Shown in pieces: positions 13,827-24,805 of a DNA stretch of 64,000 bases. The DNA lies in contig BDGG01000011.1 in assembly GCA_001949185.1 (NCBI GenBank), positions 1,740,902 through 1,804,901 of the forward strand, given 5' to 3'. The notes beneath the pieces were generated by a model that did no database searches, was not told where the DNA came from, and was given only the letters and a program-made list of their open reading frames with translations. The stretch comes from Ramazzottius varieornatus (taxonomy: Eukaryota > Animalia > Tardigrada). The position numbers were made by a program, and so were the translations under genes. The stretch's first letter is position 1. The number at the start of each line of letters is the position of its first letter.

Positions 13827-15068
13827 ATCGACTGAAACATAAAGAACAGTTTCATTGATCGTAAAAGTTTTGTGAAACGGCGAGAGGATAGTTCGAGGTC
13901 TTCTGCTTTAATCACTTTCTCTTGCTTGAGCGAACAAAACACTCCTGTAACGTTTACACCCAGCTAACAGTATGACGATTAGCAGTCCTAATCATAAGTA
14001 CCAAAAATGGGAGATCTAGACGGGTTGAACGGCAAGGACCTCGGTGGATCTGCCGGAAAGCATACGATGATCCTCGGACCACATATTCAAGGATGATCAC
14101 CTAACACCAAGGCGCCAAGGACAGATCGAAATGAAACAAATAGCATCTAAGATCATTGGACTCAGCGGTATACTGTGCCATGCAAAGTCGAAAAATTTGC
14201 GGTAGTTATTCAGGATCTGAAACTTAAGAAATCGAAAAGCTGGCGTAAAGTAGAGGACAGGCAAATTTTACTGATTCGCTTATCATAATGACTGGCAAAC
14301 ATTATTCACTGCCCACGGTGAGACCTACTTAGCAGTTTTGCACCAGACATTGCATAGCGCGTACATGGTACTATCAGTATTGGTTGAGCTCTAGTCTTTG
14401 TGCTGCGTAATGCGGCAATACCGGAAGAGAGAGTGGAGACTTGGTGTCAGATCTGATTGGGGCACAGCCACGAAAACATTGACACCCTCATCCCAGCGCG
14501 CGAATGCTGGTGCGCAGATAGAGAGTGCGTGTGCTTGTCGCCTCTTAACTCAAGGTACCATAGTCAGCTCATGGAAAACTAGGCCAGATGAACTGGGATG
14601 ACAAGTCTAAGGAACCTGGTAACAGGTGGAATACGTCTATTCCAACTGCGCCTAATTCCAACTGCACCTGAACGTGGCTCCAAAGAACCCGGGACCGAAA
14701 ACCTCTATTCCGTAAATGCTTCGTGCCCGAGTTACACCTTTCCCTAACGTTTTTCTTATACCGTATAGACTTTTACCTCAATTAAATACGGCCTCGAAAG
14801 CTTCGGCTCTAGTGATCATTCTTCCTCAAAGCCATTGATATGGAGTAGTCAAACGCATTTGAATTCCGCTGTTGTGTAGTATTGTCCGGGCTTGCCCTTC
14901 TTTGTCAACCAAACGAAATCTTAGCGACAGTGTTTCACGCAGCTCAAAACCGGAATGAATAGAATGTTTTTCGAACCGAGCGGCACTAAAGCCACTCACC
15001 ACACACTGGCTGATGCTGAGCCGAAAGACTGCTACATCGATCGAATCGTCGAATGCTGCGCTGTAGTT

Positions 15069-15205
15069 GTGTATCCCCTCCAAAGGTTGGCGTAGTCACA
15101 TGACAGGCCACTAAAATGAACCCGGAAGATGCTAGCAGAGCGATCACCCTCGGCCTAATCTAGAGGCCTGTGATATGAATGCGCAGAACTTTTGAAGGAA
15201 TACAG
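15069..15205. mobile_element. About 137-bp MITE (Tc1/mariner-pogo type), same family as 25799-25938
   Basis: Degenerate TIRs of about 40 bp (GTATCCCCTCCAAAGGTTGGCGTAGTCACATGACAGGCC / GGCCTGTGATATGAATGCGCAGAACTTTTGAAGGAATACAG), with TA on the right flank. Confidence 0.65.
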
Positions 15206-15685
15206 TATGTGCGGGGCCCATACTCGCTACAGGCGTCAGGCGGGTCAGATGTTTGAAAAAGAACTATGATGTTCACACTCTGAGTCGCAGTACCTATTTC
15301 AAGTCGACTAGCCGGATACGTGTGGCTGATAAGTCGGCCAGGGTCGTCAGGCCGGTATCGATTTCGCTAACACTGCATCCCTGAAAGAATGACTAATGAA
15401 GCATACGGTGGTGAGCTCAATCGTAAAACTGATTGCTCGGTCTCGTTAACAGTTTTCTCCCGGCTAAGGCATGGATAAAGTGCTTGTACTTATCAGTGGC
15501 TCCTTCTTGCACTCAGTTCAACAGTACTCCAGGCAGAAAAAGACATTCTTCCTCAGGTATTAGGTGGCAACGCTCTTGTCTCTTTGCTAATCAAAGTGGA
15601 GAAACATATGACTGGAATGTGTTAGTTTTGTAGGCAAGAGCGTTCTGTAGAGCCGGCTTCAACATTACAACAACAGGAACAAACT

Positions 15686-17260
15686 TCAGGCGCGCTTACC
15701 TCTTGTGATGATCGTATTTAAGACAGCGGGTTTACGGAATAGTGGCCATGCCCATTCCATCCGTTTCAGTTGTCCACCTGGCGTTTTGTGATGGTACTCA
15801 TTGACATAGTTCTTTCTCAGTTTGGTGAAAGGGGTAGATGCGCTACCTCCCTCGCTGTCAGTGGTAACGGCAGCCGCCAGATGGCATCCAGGGTTGAGCT
15901 CTTCTAAAACTTTTGTCATGTGGGCAGGCCAGTCTTTGACGCCAGCCGTTCCGCACTCTTTTCGATACTCCTCTAATCCACCACAAAGAGTCTTGATTGT
16001 CTCACATGCATCCTTGTCAGCATATTTTCTGTCGTCCTTTTCAACGTTCTCCTGCCAGAGAATGAACAACCCTTCCGTTTCGGTGCGACTAAAAACCAGA
16101 CCAGCTTCGGTTCCATCGTTGAGTATGACAGGAAATTTAAGTTTTTCTTCTTTGAGACACTTTCCGATCCACCGCTCTATGTGAGCCCTCTGCGACGTCT
16201 TCTCGTTCATTACAATTCGGTTATCAATGAAAGTCTCGTTGTCTGTTGGGTTCGAGTACCAAACTGTCCACAAAAACAGGGGATATTTCGCTGTCAAAGA
16301 GTTTTCTATAGTTCTGGCCCGCTCAGCCAGAGTTCGCTTCTTATCAGCGGTGAAAAACTCCCGGAGTTGTGTTGCGCTATCAGGAAAGTAAGGATTGTAC
16401 CGTCCTCTCTTTGCTTCGTCTGCGAACGTTTCGATATCTTTTCGGAGTTCTCCTGTTTTGATGACCCTCCATCGGTAGTGCCTCAAGATATCATCAAGCG
16501 CTACTTTAGCTTGCAGATAGTTGTCGAACAGCATTTCTATTTGATCTTGCTCGTAGTTTTTCCCCACCCAGCCTTGTTGGTGGGAGTGAGCTTGGTTGGC
16601 CGTTGCTTCCATCTGTTGCTGTTGCGGAAGGCTCGAGTTACCGGTGGTAGAAGCATTGCTGTCTGTACGACGCTGACACTTTTTTGGCTGGTAAAAGTAA
16701 GCCAGGTTTTCGTACAGGTAGCAGATAACGAAGGTTCTAAAGATAACTTCCTCTAATAGATTCAGTTCTGTTTTTAAAGTGTCAAAATTCTCGCTGTGTT
16801 GGTCGACTTGTCCCAGTTTCTCTCCCAACAGTCTTACAGGGTAGGTAGACGGACGTTGATAAAGCTTTTTACAGAGAGCCTTATATTGGATAATCAGTTC
16901 TCCATCATCGTACGACCTCAATGCCTCCATCCTTTCTTCTGGAGTCATATGGTCACTCACCGTTGATAGTAGTTTGTCCAGTTCTTTATGCAGGTCGTGC
17001 GCTTCCTTTTCCAGCTCTAAGCGAACCATATCAGCATCCTCTTTTCGTAGAGCACTCTTGATTTGATCATCTCCTTTTGCATTAGCGCCGCGATGGGCTC
17101 CTCGTGGTATAGCTCCGACACTGAATTTGGCAAGGTAATCGCTGATGCAACTATAGACGGTTTCCACACTGCTTTGCAATTTTGGTATGACATACGGGCC
17201 TACGCTCGTCAGCATACCAATTGCACTCTCCACAATCCCAGCCATAAGTTGAGCAGCCAA
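15686..17260 (-). CDS. Intronless ~520-aa helical protein, possibly rapunzel/SE-cephalotoxin-like; first ATG at 17245
   Basis: Longest ORF in the window. It has a hydrophobic N-terminal segment (AGIVESAIGMLTSVGPYVIP), a coiled-coil-like region, and the motif ARTIENSLTAKYPLFLWTVWYSNP. The family assignment is from motif recall, not a search. Confidence 0.75.
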   Translation of the reverse strand: MAAQLMAGIVESAIGMLTSVGPYVIPKLQSSVETVYSCISDYLAKFSVGAIPRGAHRGANAKGDDQIKSALRKEDADMVRLELEKEAHDLHKELDKLLSTVSDHMTPEERMEALRSYDDGELIIQYKALCKKLYQRPSTYPVRLLGEKLGQVDQHSENFDTLKTELNLLEEVIFRTFVICYLYENLAYFYQPKKCQRRTDSNASTTGNSSLPQQQQMEATANQAHSHQQGWVGKNYEQDQIEMLFDNYLQAKVALDDILRHYRWRVIKTGELRKDIETFADEAKRGRYNPYFPDSATQLREFFTADKKRTLAERARTIENSLTAKYPLFLWTVWYSNPTDNETFIDNRIVMNEKTSQRAHIERWIGKCLKEEKLKFPVILNDGTEAGLVFSRTETEGLFILWQENVEKDDRKYADKDACETIKTLCGGLEEYRKECGTAGVKDWPAHMTKVLEELNPGCHLAAAVTTDSEGGSASTPFTKLRKNYVNEYHHKTPGGQLKRMEWAWPLFRKPAVLNTIITRGKRA

Positions 17261-18875
17261 CGAGTGAGGGAAAATACACAGCTAAAAGGAACAAGTTCTC
17301 GTGGAGAACCTTAGGAAGAGGTGAGGACACCCTAGCCAACGTAGACTGCGCCCCATCCAGTCTAAAGGCTTTACTGTGCTCGATTTGTCCAAGCTAATCG
17401 CCTACTGATAGTATAGTGATAATCACATGGTCTGACGATAACCATGCCAGGTAACTCGGCTTACAGCAAGGGGAACTAGCCGGAGACTACGTCGATGTCG
17501 ATGCCAAACAGCCGAAATAAGGATAGCAGCTGAGTTTACCCATGTCGAGGGTTGGCCAGTTTACATTCAGGGTGCGCTTCTGGATATGAAAATATATCGC
17601 TAGTGCAAGTCGTGTTTGGCTGAGTCTTCAAGCTGCTTCACCAGCAAACAAAGGAACGTTACTGCTTGGCCAAAACCCCGTCTCCGGCAATCTGCTCACA
17701 GCTGGACAAAAGAGCGAGCAAAGCCTTTTGATTACGGTTTCCAGTTTCCAGTAGAGCGATAAGCCACTGTCCCCATCAACAGTGCTGAAATTTCTAATCG
17801 ACGCAAATTTGAAAGTGGTATTTCTCACTACCTGTTGGTTTTTATTGTTGTAATTAATTCATTCGTCAGCCTGCAGCGGAATGATGTTCGGCTGTGCGAA
17901 AAACCCAGCGAGCGATGAGAAAGCCTTGGACGGCTCCGTGTTTGAACTGACTTTGCAGCGCGCGTACGGCTTTGTTGATCGCGAAATTTTGAGAAAGCTT
18001 TGTGACAAAGGGATATATCAGCTGACAAACCCCGGGGACACCAAATCCCTTTTGCAGAGCATTCGCCAGTCGCAGACAAAATGCATGTTTCTGATGGACC
18101 GGGATTACGGAAGTGTGTTTGATGACTTCGAACATCTTCAACTGTACCTTGATAATGATTGTACGCTAGGGGTTGTGGTCGAGGCTCTTGTTCTTATGCT
18201 AAAATTCACTGCGTCATCACGAGCCGTGAAAAATTTCAGCAAATCAGTCCGCAAGTTATCGGAAACTCAGACATTTTGTATCGGATCGATTACAAACGAG
18301 TACGTTCATTCAAACAATAAATCAGTTGAAGTTTACTAAGTAACCTAACATTTGTTAACTTCCAGAACATTCGTCCAAGGGCTTCAGAAGGAAGTTAATG
18401 AGGTTGGCAGACGTGACACCATCCTCTATCAGCGACTGGTGTATCACTTGCAAGCCACTTGCGCTTTGATGACTCTTAGTCACCTGTTCGATTGTGTCAT
18501 AAAGCTGTACAACAATTGCCACAAAATGGATGGCTTAAACGCAGAAGAACTGGAATCGCACTTGCATAAGGAAGCAGAAAGTTGTTTGCAAACGGCGGGA
18601 AAGTTTCTTCAAGGCCTGACCATGGTGGTCAAGTTCCCCATGAGAGAGTCTGATGCACCTCGAACAGCGACCGTGTATTCCAAGCTGCCTCAAAACCTTT
18701 CATCGTACGCAGAAACATCAGCTTCCGAGACGGGGTAAATCGTAGCTGGGCATCAATGCCTCCTACACAACGTGAACTGACAGTAGTTGCTTATTTGACC
18801 TTGCACCAAATCTGGTTATGGAAAATTAGATCGGGCAAGAAACGTTTGCGCGCACTGCGTCACGGCCACAAGGTA

Positions 18876-19762
18876 CACGTGGCTGGCCTAATGATTGGCA
18901 TGGACAAAAGCATTGGCAGCACGGACTGGCGGCAGTTTAACGCAAAGAATGTTATATCGAGACAGGAAGTAGCCTTGTGACGTTAGGAAGTGAAAATTTA
19001 GCAATGCGCTTTTCATTGTACAATGTCATTTCAAATTCTGTATTTCTTCATAAGTTGGTTTCCCGATCTCGATTCTTGAGTAACCTAACCTTGAAACATG
19101 TCGGAAGGTTTCAAGATCAAGAGACGCCGGAAGTACACCGAGGAATGTCTGCAAGATGCAGTTCGCGCAGTGGCGAACGGGATGTCAGTTCGGAAAGCTT
19201 CGCTTACGTTTTGTGTGCCGCGAGGAACGATCATCAACTACGAGAAATCCCCCATAGCTCAGCAGCTTGGCCGAAAGACAAAGCTGGATCCGACAGAGGA
19301 GGCTCTACTGGTGGACATGTTGATTGGCTTTGGGAACAATGGATTCCCCGTGAATAAGCATAATCTGCGTACTTTTGTCGATGAGATGGGCTTTGGAAAA
19401 GGTATGTTTTTGTTTTTGAAAAACATTCAGTAACATCAGTTCTGTGTTTTTTGGCAGGCATAGGTACGGTCTTCAGCGAGAAGTAGCATCGTCGTTTCCT
19501 GCGTAACCATGGGAAGCAGATTTCTCTTCGCATGGGATCTAATGTGGATCGCAAGAAGGCACGGGAATGGACTGTCGAATGTGCTGAAAATGATTGGGAA
19601 GTTCTCTGTGAAAGATTCGGTTATCCGAGCGGGATGTAAAGGGGCAACGTATGGTGAAAGCCAGTTTGTTTCAACTGCAAGCGAATACAGCCGGCGGAGC
19701 CGCTGTTTCGGACATCACTTGTCAATGCTTTTGTCCATGCCAATCATTAGGCCAGCCACGTG
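18876..19762 (+). mobile_element. Internally deleted pogo/Fot1-like DNA transposon (887 bp)
   Basis: Perfect 40-bp TIRs CACGTGGCTGGCCTAATGATTGGCATGGACAAAAGCATTG with a TA TSD on both sides. The internal ORF from 19098 encodes HTH_psq (RKYTEECLQDAVRAVANGMSVRKASLTFCVPRGTI) plus a CENP-B-type HTH, then an intron and an in-frame TAG. No DDE domain. Confidence 0.93.
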
Positions 19763-20677
19763 TAGTGGCAGTAAGACGAAAATTACTGTACGAGGAGGGA
19801 GGTCCAACTTTTCTAACGAGCTTACTTTGCTAGGCCAAATTCTGAAGGTTAGCGCTGCCCACTGCGAGTCTAGACTACAAACAGTTGGCGGCTGAGCAGA
19901 AGTTAGCAAAGTTTCATCCAGTTAGCATTCACACTTTAGTTTAGGCCTCGATTCAGTGATCGGTAAGTCCATCACAGAAATTCTGCACGGTTTGCCAACT
20001 GTTATGGATATCGACATATCCTCGCGCAACGTGGACCGATTTCGCCACTTCCAGTTAAAAGTTGTGGAAAGAGCTCGTTCCACTTGTTCCAGAACATCCC
20101 CACATGTCAAAATCAGGGCAGAGTGGGTTTGCAAGATCAAAGTGCAGTAGAAGAGATGGCTGTTGCCAGCGAGAGATTCAGATATGTCTGTCGAAGCAGT
20201 GCCGTTTTCGCTCGCAAATTTGTAGCCGGTCCGACTTTGGATAAAAATGGCTGTGTTGCGTCATCATTAACCCTGGGCAGACTTGCACAAATGTGTGATT
20301 CTGCTCGGTCCGACACATGTGATTTATCTGGCTTGGCTTATTCTGCCCTCTGTAGAAAGAGTGCTCCCTAATATCGGATGCCATCTTCGAATGGCTTCCT
20401 CTCTGGAACTTCTGTCGTCACGATCTTCCAATGTTCCCCACTTCTTTCTGGAGCGGAATGAAGCAAGGTTGTGGAAGATAATTGTGAATTAATTTGGAAT
20501 TTCAGGACTTTAAACACGAAAGCCCGTGACTGCCACTCTACCAACCAGCAAGTGACAAGTGGGCGTTTGCAGTTAGGCAATAAATCAGCACTTGCCTGCT
20601 TCAGCGCTCGCGCTGACTGCGAAAAGTTAGCTACAATCTACAGTATGGTAATCGGGAAGGAAGCGGTGGATTTTTCA

Positions 20678-20988
20678 TGGAAAGCGTTCGGCCACACCGC
20701 CACTTTTACTTCTAGAAGCATAAAAGATGGAACGAGGGAACACTGGTTCGGGAGTATCAGAAGCGAAGCCGTAGGCGCATGGGAAGCGTTCGGCCACACC
20801 GCCACTTCTACTTTTGGAAGCATAAACGATGGAACGAGGGAACACCGGTTCGGGAGTATCAGAAGCGAAGCCGTAGGCGCATGGGAAGCGTTCGGCCACA
20901 CCGCCACTTCTACTTTTGGAAGCATAAACGATGGAACGAGGGAACACCGGTTCGGGAGTATCAGAAGCGGAGATGTAGGCGCATGGAA
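20678..20988 (+). repeat. 102-bp tandem repeat x3, in frame (34 aa)
   Basis: Units start at 20678, 20780 and 20882 and encode W(E/K)AFGHTATSTFGSINDGTREHRFGSIRSEAVGA. Units 2 and 3 are almost identical. Confidence 0.95.
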
Positions 20989-21845
20989 TTTCACATCGGT
21001 TTATGGCAAGCACGTCTTCTGCGATCCATTCCAGCACTACATGGCCACGCTCTGTTACAAAAAGTTGGTGGACGAAAAGCTATTGATCCAGGTCCTCAGT
21101 GAACAACCAGACGACAAACTGCTGCCAATATACAAGAATGAAGCAATCTGCCGAATTCGTGGCGTCAAAAACTAGGCCCAGCTGCATTCACAGAACAATC
21201 AGTCGAAGGGCCGCCACAACCAGAACCAACGCGGCGGCAAACGACCTTCTAACGTATCCTCTAGAATTTCCACAAATGACTTGATTACACTGTAATGGTC
21301 AAACTTTCTGTCATGATCAGTCAAGAGTCAGCAAGGCCTTTTGCCATACATAGAATAGAAGCAAATGTTGTTCAATGATATGTTTCCGCTTCTGTGGCAA
21401 TGCGCATCTAATTGTTGCAGGCATCAACGACCCTTCGTGTTACACTTGCAGTTGAACGAAATAGCGAGGCGTTGTTCGCCAAAGGCCTAGCGGATGAGGC
21501 TCAACTCTCCGTCTTTCCTCTTTCTCTCTATGGATCAAACTGATCAAATTCTCCTCTGGGAGTTTCTCGAGGAATTCGTTTTTCGCTCGCAGCATCGCTT
21601 GGTGTAATCTGAAAAGGCTAGCAGTAGAACGTACCGTGTTTGGACGCTTGAGGAATTAGCTTAGCGCTATGGGGATACTAAGAAGGAAACAACATGACAT
21701 GTCCATATCACGAGCCGGTATCAAACATCGGAATTTACTGGAACAGCCTGATGTGTATTTTCATGGACCACTAAGCTTCAAAATCGACGGAGTGAGTAGG
21801 CGCTGCCACACTGGGCTTGTATGAAGCTTACCTGATGAATACTGT

Positions 21846-23095
21846 TTGGCAGAAATACAGAAGCTGTTTAGGACTACTACGTCCCGGTCATTTATCCATA
21901 CGCCACCGGAAGCACTTGGAAAAGGTACTGTACCACACCAACTGAACAGACATACCGGTGTAACACTTGTCGAACCTGAGCTCCTCAACTTGAGATCTCA
22001 TATCAACAACACAGCCGGCCAGATTCGATACCCACCCCGCTCGACCAACGCCCATCCGCGCCCTCTGGCCACAACCTCAAAGAGCGTTATATCCAAGCGC
22101 GGCCACGACGACCCCAACTCGGACGAAATCACGGTCCTACCCGACAACGATGACGACCAAGGCGAGACCCGTACTTTCCTGAGCTCCAACGACTCGCAAC
22201 AGCCCACATCACATCCCGTCACCCATCCCGCTTATCAAACCTCCACCAGCAGCAAACTCAGAGCCAGAAGACTCTCCACCAGTCAACCGAAGACACACTA
22301 CGGTGAAATTTCTCCATACAAGACGAGCCGAAGAACTCGAAAGAGATCGTTACAACGCAAGCCACAATTTCGCCAGTCTTCGAACGCGCGTCAGCTGCCC
22401 AAAACCAACCTGGCCTTATACTGTCCCCGGTAGCTGACAAGAAACCATTAGTTGTCCCATCACAGTCTCACGACAACGAAGCGGCTTCGAGTCAAGTTAC
22501 TATGTTGGCCAAGCCGATAGCAGTTCATACACCGACGAAACGAGAAGCTGATAAGCCATCAGTCCGAGCATCTACCGAGAATATTCATCAAGCCAGTCAG
22601 CCGCAACCAGCGCCATGTGCTGTACATAAGCCAGCTTCGCAGTCCACTTCAGTCGCTTCACAAACGTCCCAAGCGTCAGTACAGTCCGCAGCTTCAAAAT
22701 CGTCATCGGCCTCTTCAGCGCACAGTACCGTTCCGCCTCCACAACACACTTGTCCGATTCCGCCGCCACCACCGCCTCCAGCCGTAGTGAAGAGCCAACC
22801 GCTCAAGACCGTGGTGAATGCGAACGGACAGCGTGGTATGGTCAACAAAAAGCCAACAACCGTCACTGTGAGTGCGGCCAAAGGCGCAATGACTAAGCTA
22901 CCTGACCGTCGAACTCAGTTCGTACCAGAGAAGAACTTGTTCCGAATTGCACTGGAATGCGAGGAGAAAGCGACTCCAGCTGCGACAGATGAGGAAGTCA
23001 TCCAAGACTCGTCGGAGCTGGCTTCGCACTTTAAGGGAAATATCAAGTCGCGAATTGCCTTCCTGGAAGTAAACGAACCTCCCACAAAAGCTGGT
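21846..23095 (+). CDS. Ser/Thr/Pro/Gln-rich low-complexity coding segment with one frame change near 22300-22320
   Basis: ORFs 21846-22433 and 22502-23170 overlap in different frames, since the second extends upstream to about 22306. Contains poly-Pro and KSRIAFLE, ends at a G|gtaggt donor, and a small exon follows at about 23171-23212. Confidence 0.5.
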
Positions 23096-23875
23096 AGGTC
23101 GATCTGTGTTTTCAAGGAAACTTTACGGCGGGTAGTAATTGCGCTACAGGACATCGTTTCTTTATTTTAGCTGCGCCTAACTATTCGCGACCACACAAAA
23201 AGGATTTCATGGGTGAGTTGGCGGAGCGCCCGAAAATTCGTCGGCAGTTGGTGGAAAAAACTTGCTGGTAGCTGGTCGAAAATATCTTCGCACATGGTCG
23301 ACCGTTAACGCTGATTGGGTGCAGACAGCGGAATTTGATCTTGTATACTAAGTTGGTTCGTTGTCTGTTACTTTCGATTCGAGCCTAGTTATGTTCGGCT
23401 ATTCATACTATTCACCCGCGTTCGTCAGCGTGGCTGCGCGGACGAACTTCGTGGCTTGCTTGGACTCTTACAGTCGCTGATAATTTTAAGTTGTCGTTTC
23501 AACTTTTCAATTCCTTCTGTTCAACACCGCTTTGATAAATTAGGATACAGGCAATCAATCGTTCCGCAGGATACCGAAACTCAGGTTGAAAAATTTTTCG
23601 TCGTAGTATGATACTATCTTTGGTAGCTGCCGTTCTGAGAGGAACCATAACCGTTGTTTGATGAACTATCAGAGCCGTAGCTATGGCTCTTCGATCCGTA
23701 AGAGCTACCCGAGTGTCCGTATGGTACAGACTACGAAGAAAAACCAAAGTCGTTTCTGCGTACAGTCCCAATTTTTGTACCTGTAGACTGAGGGACGCTG
23801 CAAAATTCTTCCACTTGCGTCTGTCAGTTAAATGTAAATGAACTTACTGGCACAGCAGGATAAGATACAACAGGT

Positions 23876-24262
23876 GGCAGGCCTGGTGCATAAGGTAGTC
23901 CAGGCGAAGCTGGAATGCCTGGGGAATATGGCAAGCCGGGACTGGCAGGAATGCCAGGGGAGTACGGCAGACCTGGCGAAGGTGGTAGACCCGGTGCGTA
24001 AGGAAGACCTGGCGCCGGTGGGAGGCCCGGAGCGGGTGGTAGGCCGGGTGCTCCGGGTAGCCCGGGGGCAGGTGGGAGACCAGGTGCCCCGGGTAGTCCG
24101 GGCGCTGGTGGCAGACCAGGAGCAGGAGGTAATCCGGGAGCTCCGGGCAGGCCGGGTGCGGGTGGAAGACCTGGTGCTGGAGGGAGGCCTGGTGCTCCTG
24201 GAAGACCAGGTGCGGGTGGAAGGCCAGGGGAAGGAGGAAGACCGGGTGCACCGGGAAGACCT
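23876..24262 (+). repeat. Collagen-like (Gly-X-Y)43 coding repeat, hexapeptide [12 protein letters not shown], with two in-frame TAA
   Basis: Every third codon is GGN with varied wobble bases. TAA at 23891 and 23999, followed by 29 uninterrupted triplets and MKD-TAA ending at 24274. This frame is absent from the ORF track. Confidence 0.9.
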
Positions 24263-24805
24263 ATGAAGGATTAATCTACCTCACACCAGAGGGCGAAGTA
24301 GAATTCGTCACACTTTTTACAGTCTGGTCGCTCGAAATCTGGTACCTGATTTTGCGATTTCAAAATAAAGAAATCGTGCAAAATTAACGATACTGCGAGC
24401 CATACCGACACAGCCGGTCCACATGCGGGTTGATTACTTGATCACACCAGTAAAGCTACGGTGTAATTTATGCGTAATGTAATTTCGGCCTTGGCTTGTC
24501 GTGCTGTATGGCGAATATGTATCAGACTTCAAAATAAAATCGGAGAAATAGGTACCAGATTTCGATCGACCTGACTGTACAAGGCAAGAAATGCATTCGC
24601 TCCTGTGATGGTGTGGTCTTACGGCACTATTCAACGGTAGTTGAGGTAAGGTGATCGCCACAAGGGATGCACTTCTGCACCGAACGACTGTCAAACTAAT
24701 CCTTTCGTCTCGTAATAAATTCACTCGTGTTAATTAAACCTTCCCCAATCGGGGAATGTAAAGTACTCGCCTCAAATAAAGCGTTGTTTTCTCTCTCTTG
24801 GTCTA

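Larger units (their letters stand above)
17881..21175 (+). pseudogene. Multi-exon orphan gene interrupted by a pogo element
   Basis: Open exons at about 17881-18299, 18367-18733 (linked by a gtacgt..ttccag intron) and 20471-21175. The frame RALRHGHKV|VAVRRKLLYE is restored when 18876-19764 is removed. Stops occur in the 19800-20450 part. Whether all of this is one gene is inferred. Confidence 0.45.

Noticed and set aside
20678-20988. CRISPR-like array
   Set aside because: The units are contiguous 102-bp tandem copies without unique spacers, there are no cas genes, and the context is eukaryotic.
21828-21870. Hammerhead ribozyme core (CTGATGA...GAAA)
   Set aside because: No convincing stem II or flanking stems I/III can be formed.
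23838-24266. ORF-track proteins of 142 aa (+) and 135 aa (-)
   Set aside because: These are shadow frames of the Gly-X-Y repeat. Wobble variation fits only the GGN frame, and Gly/Pro/Ala/Arg codons rarely create stops in shifted frames.
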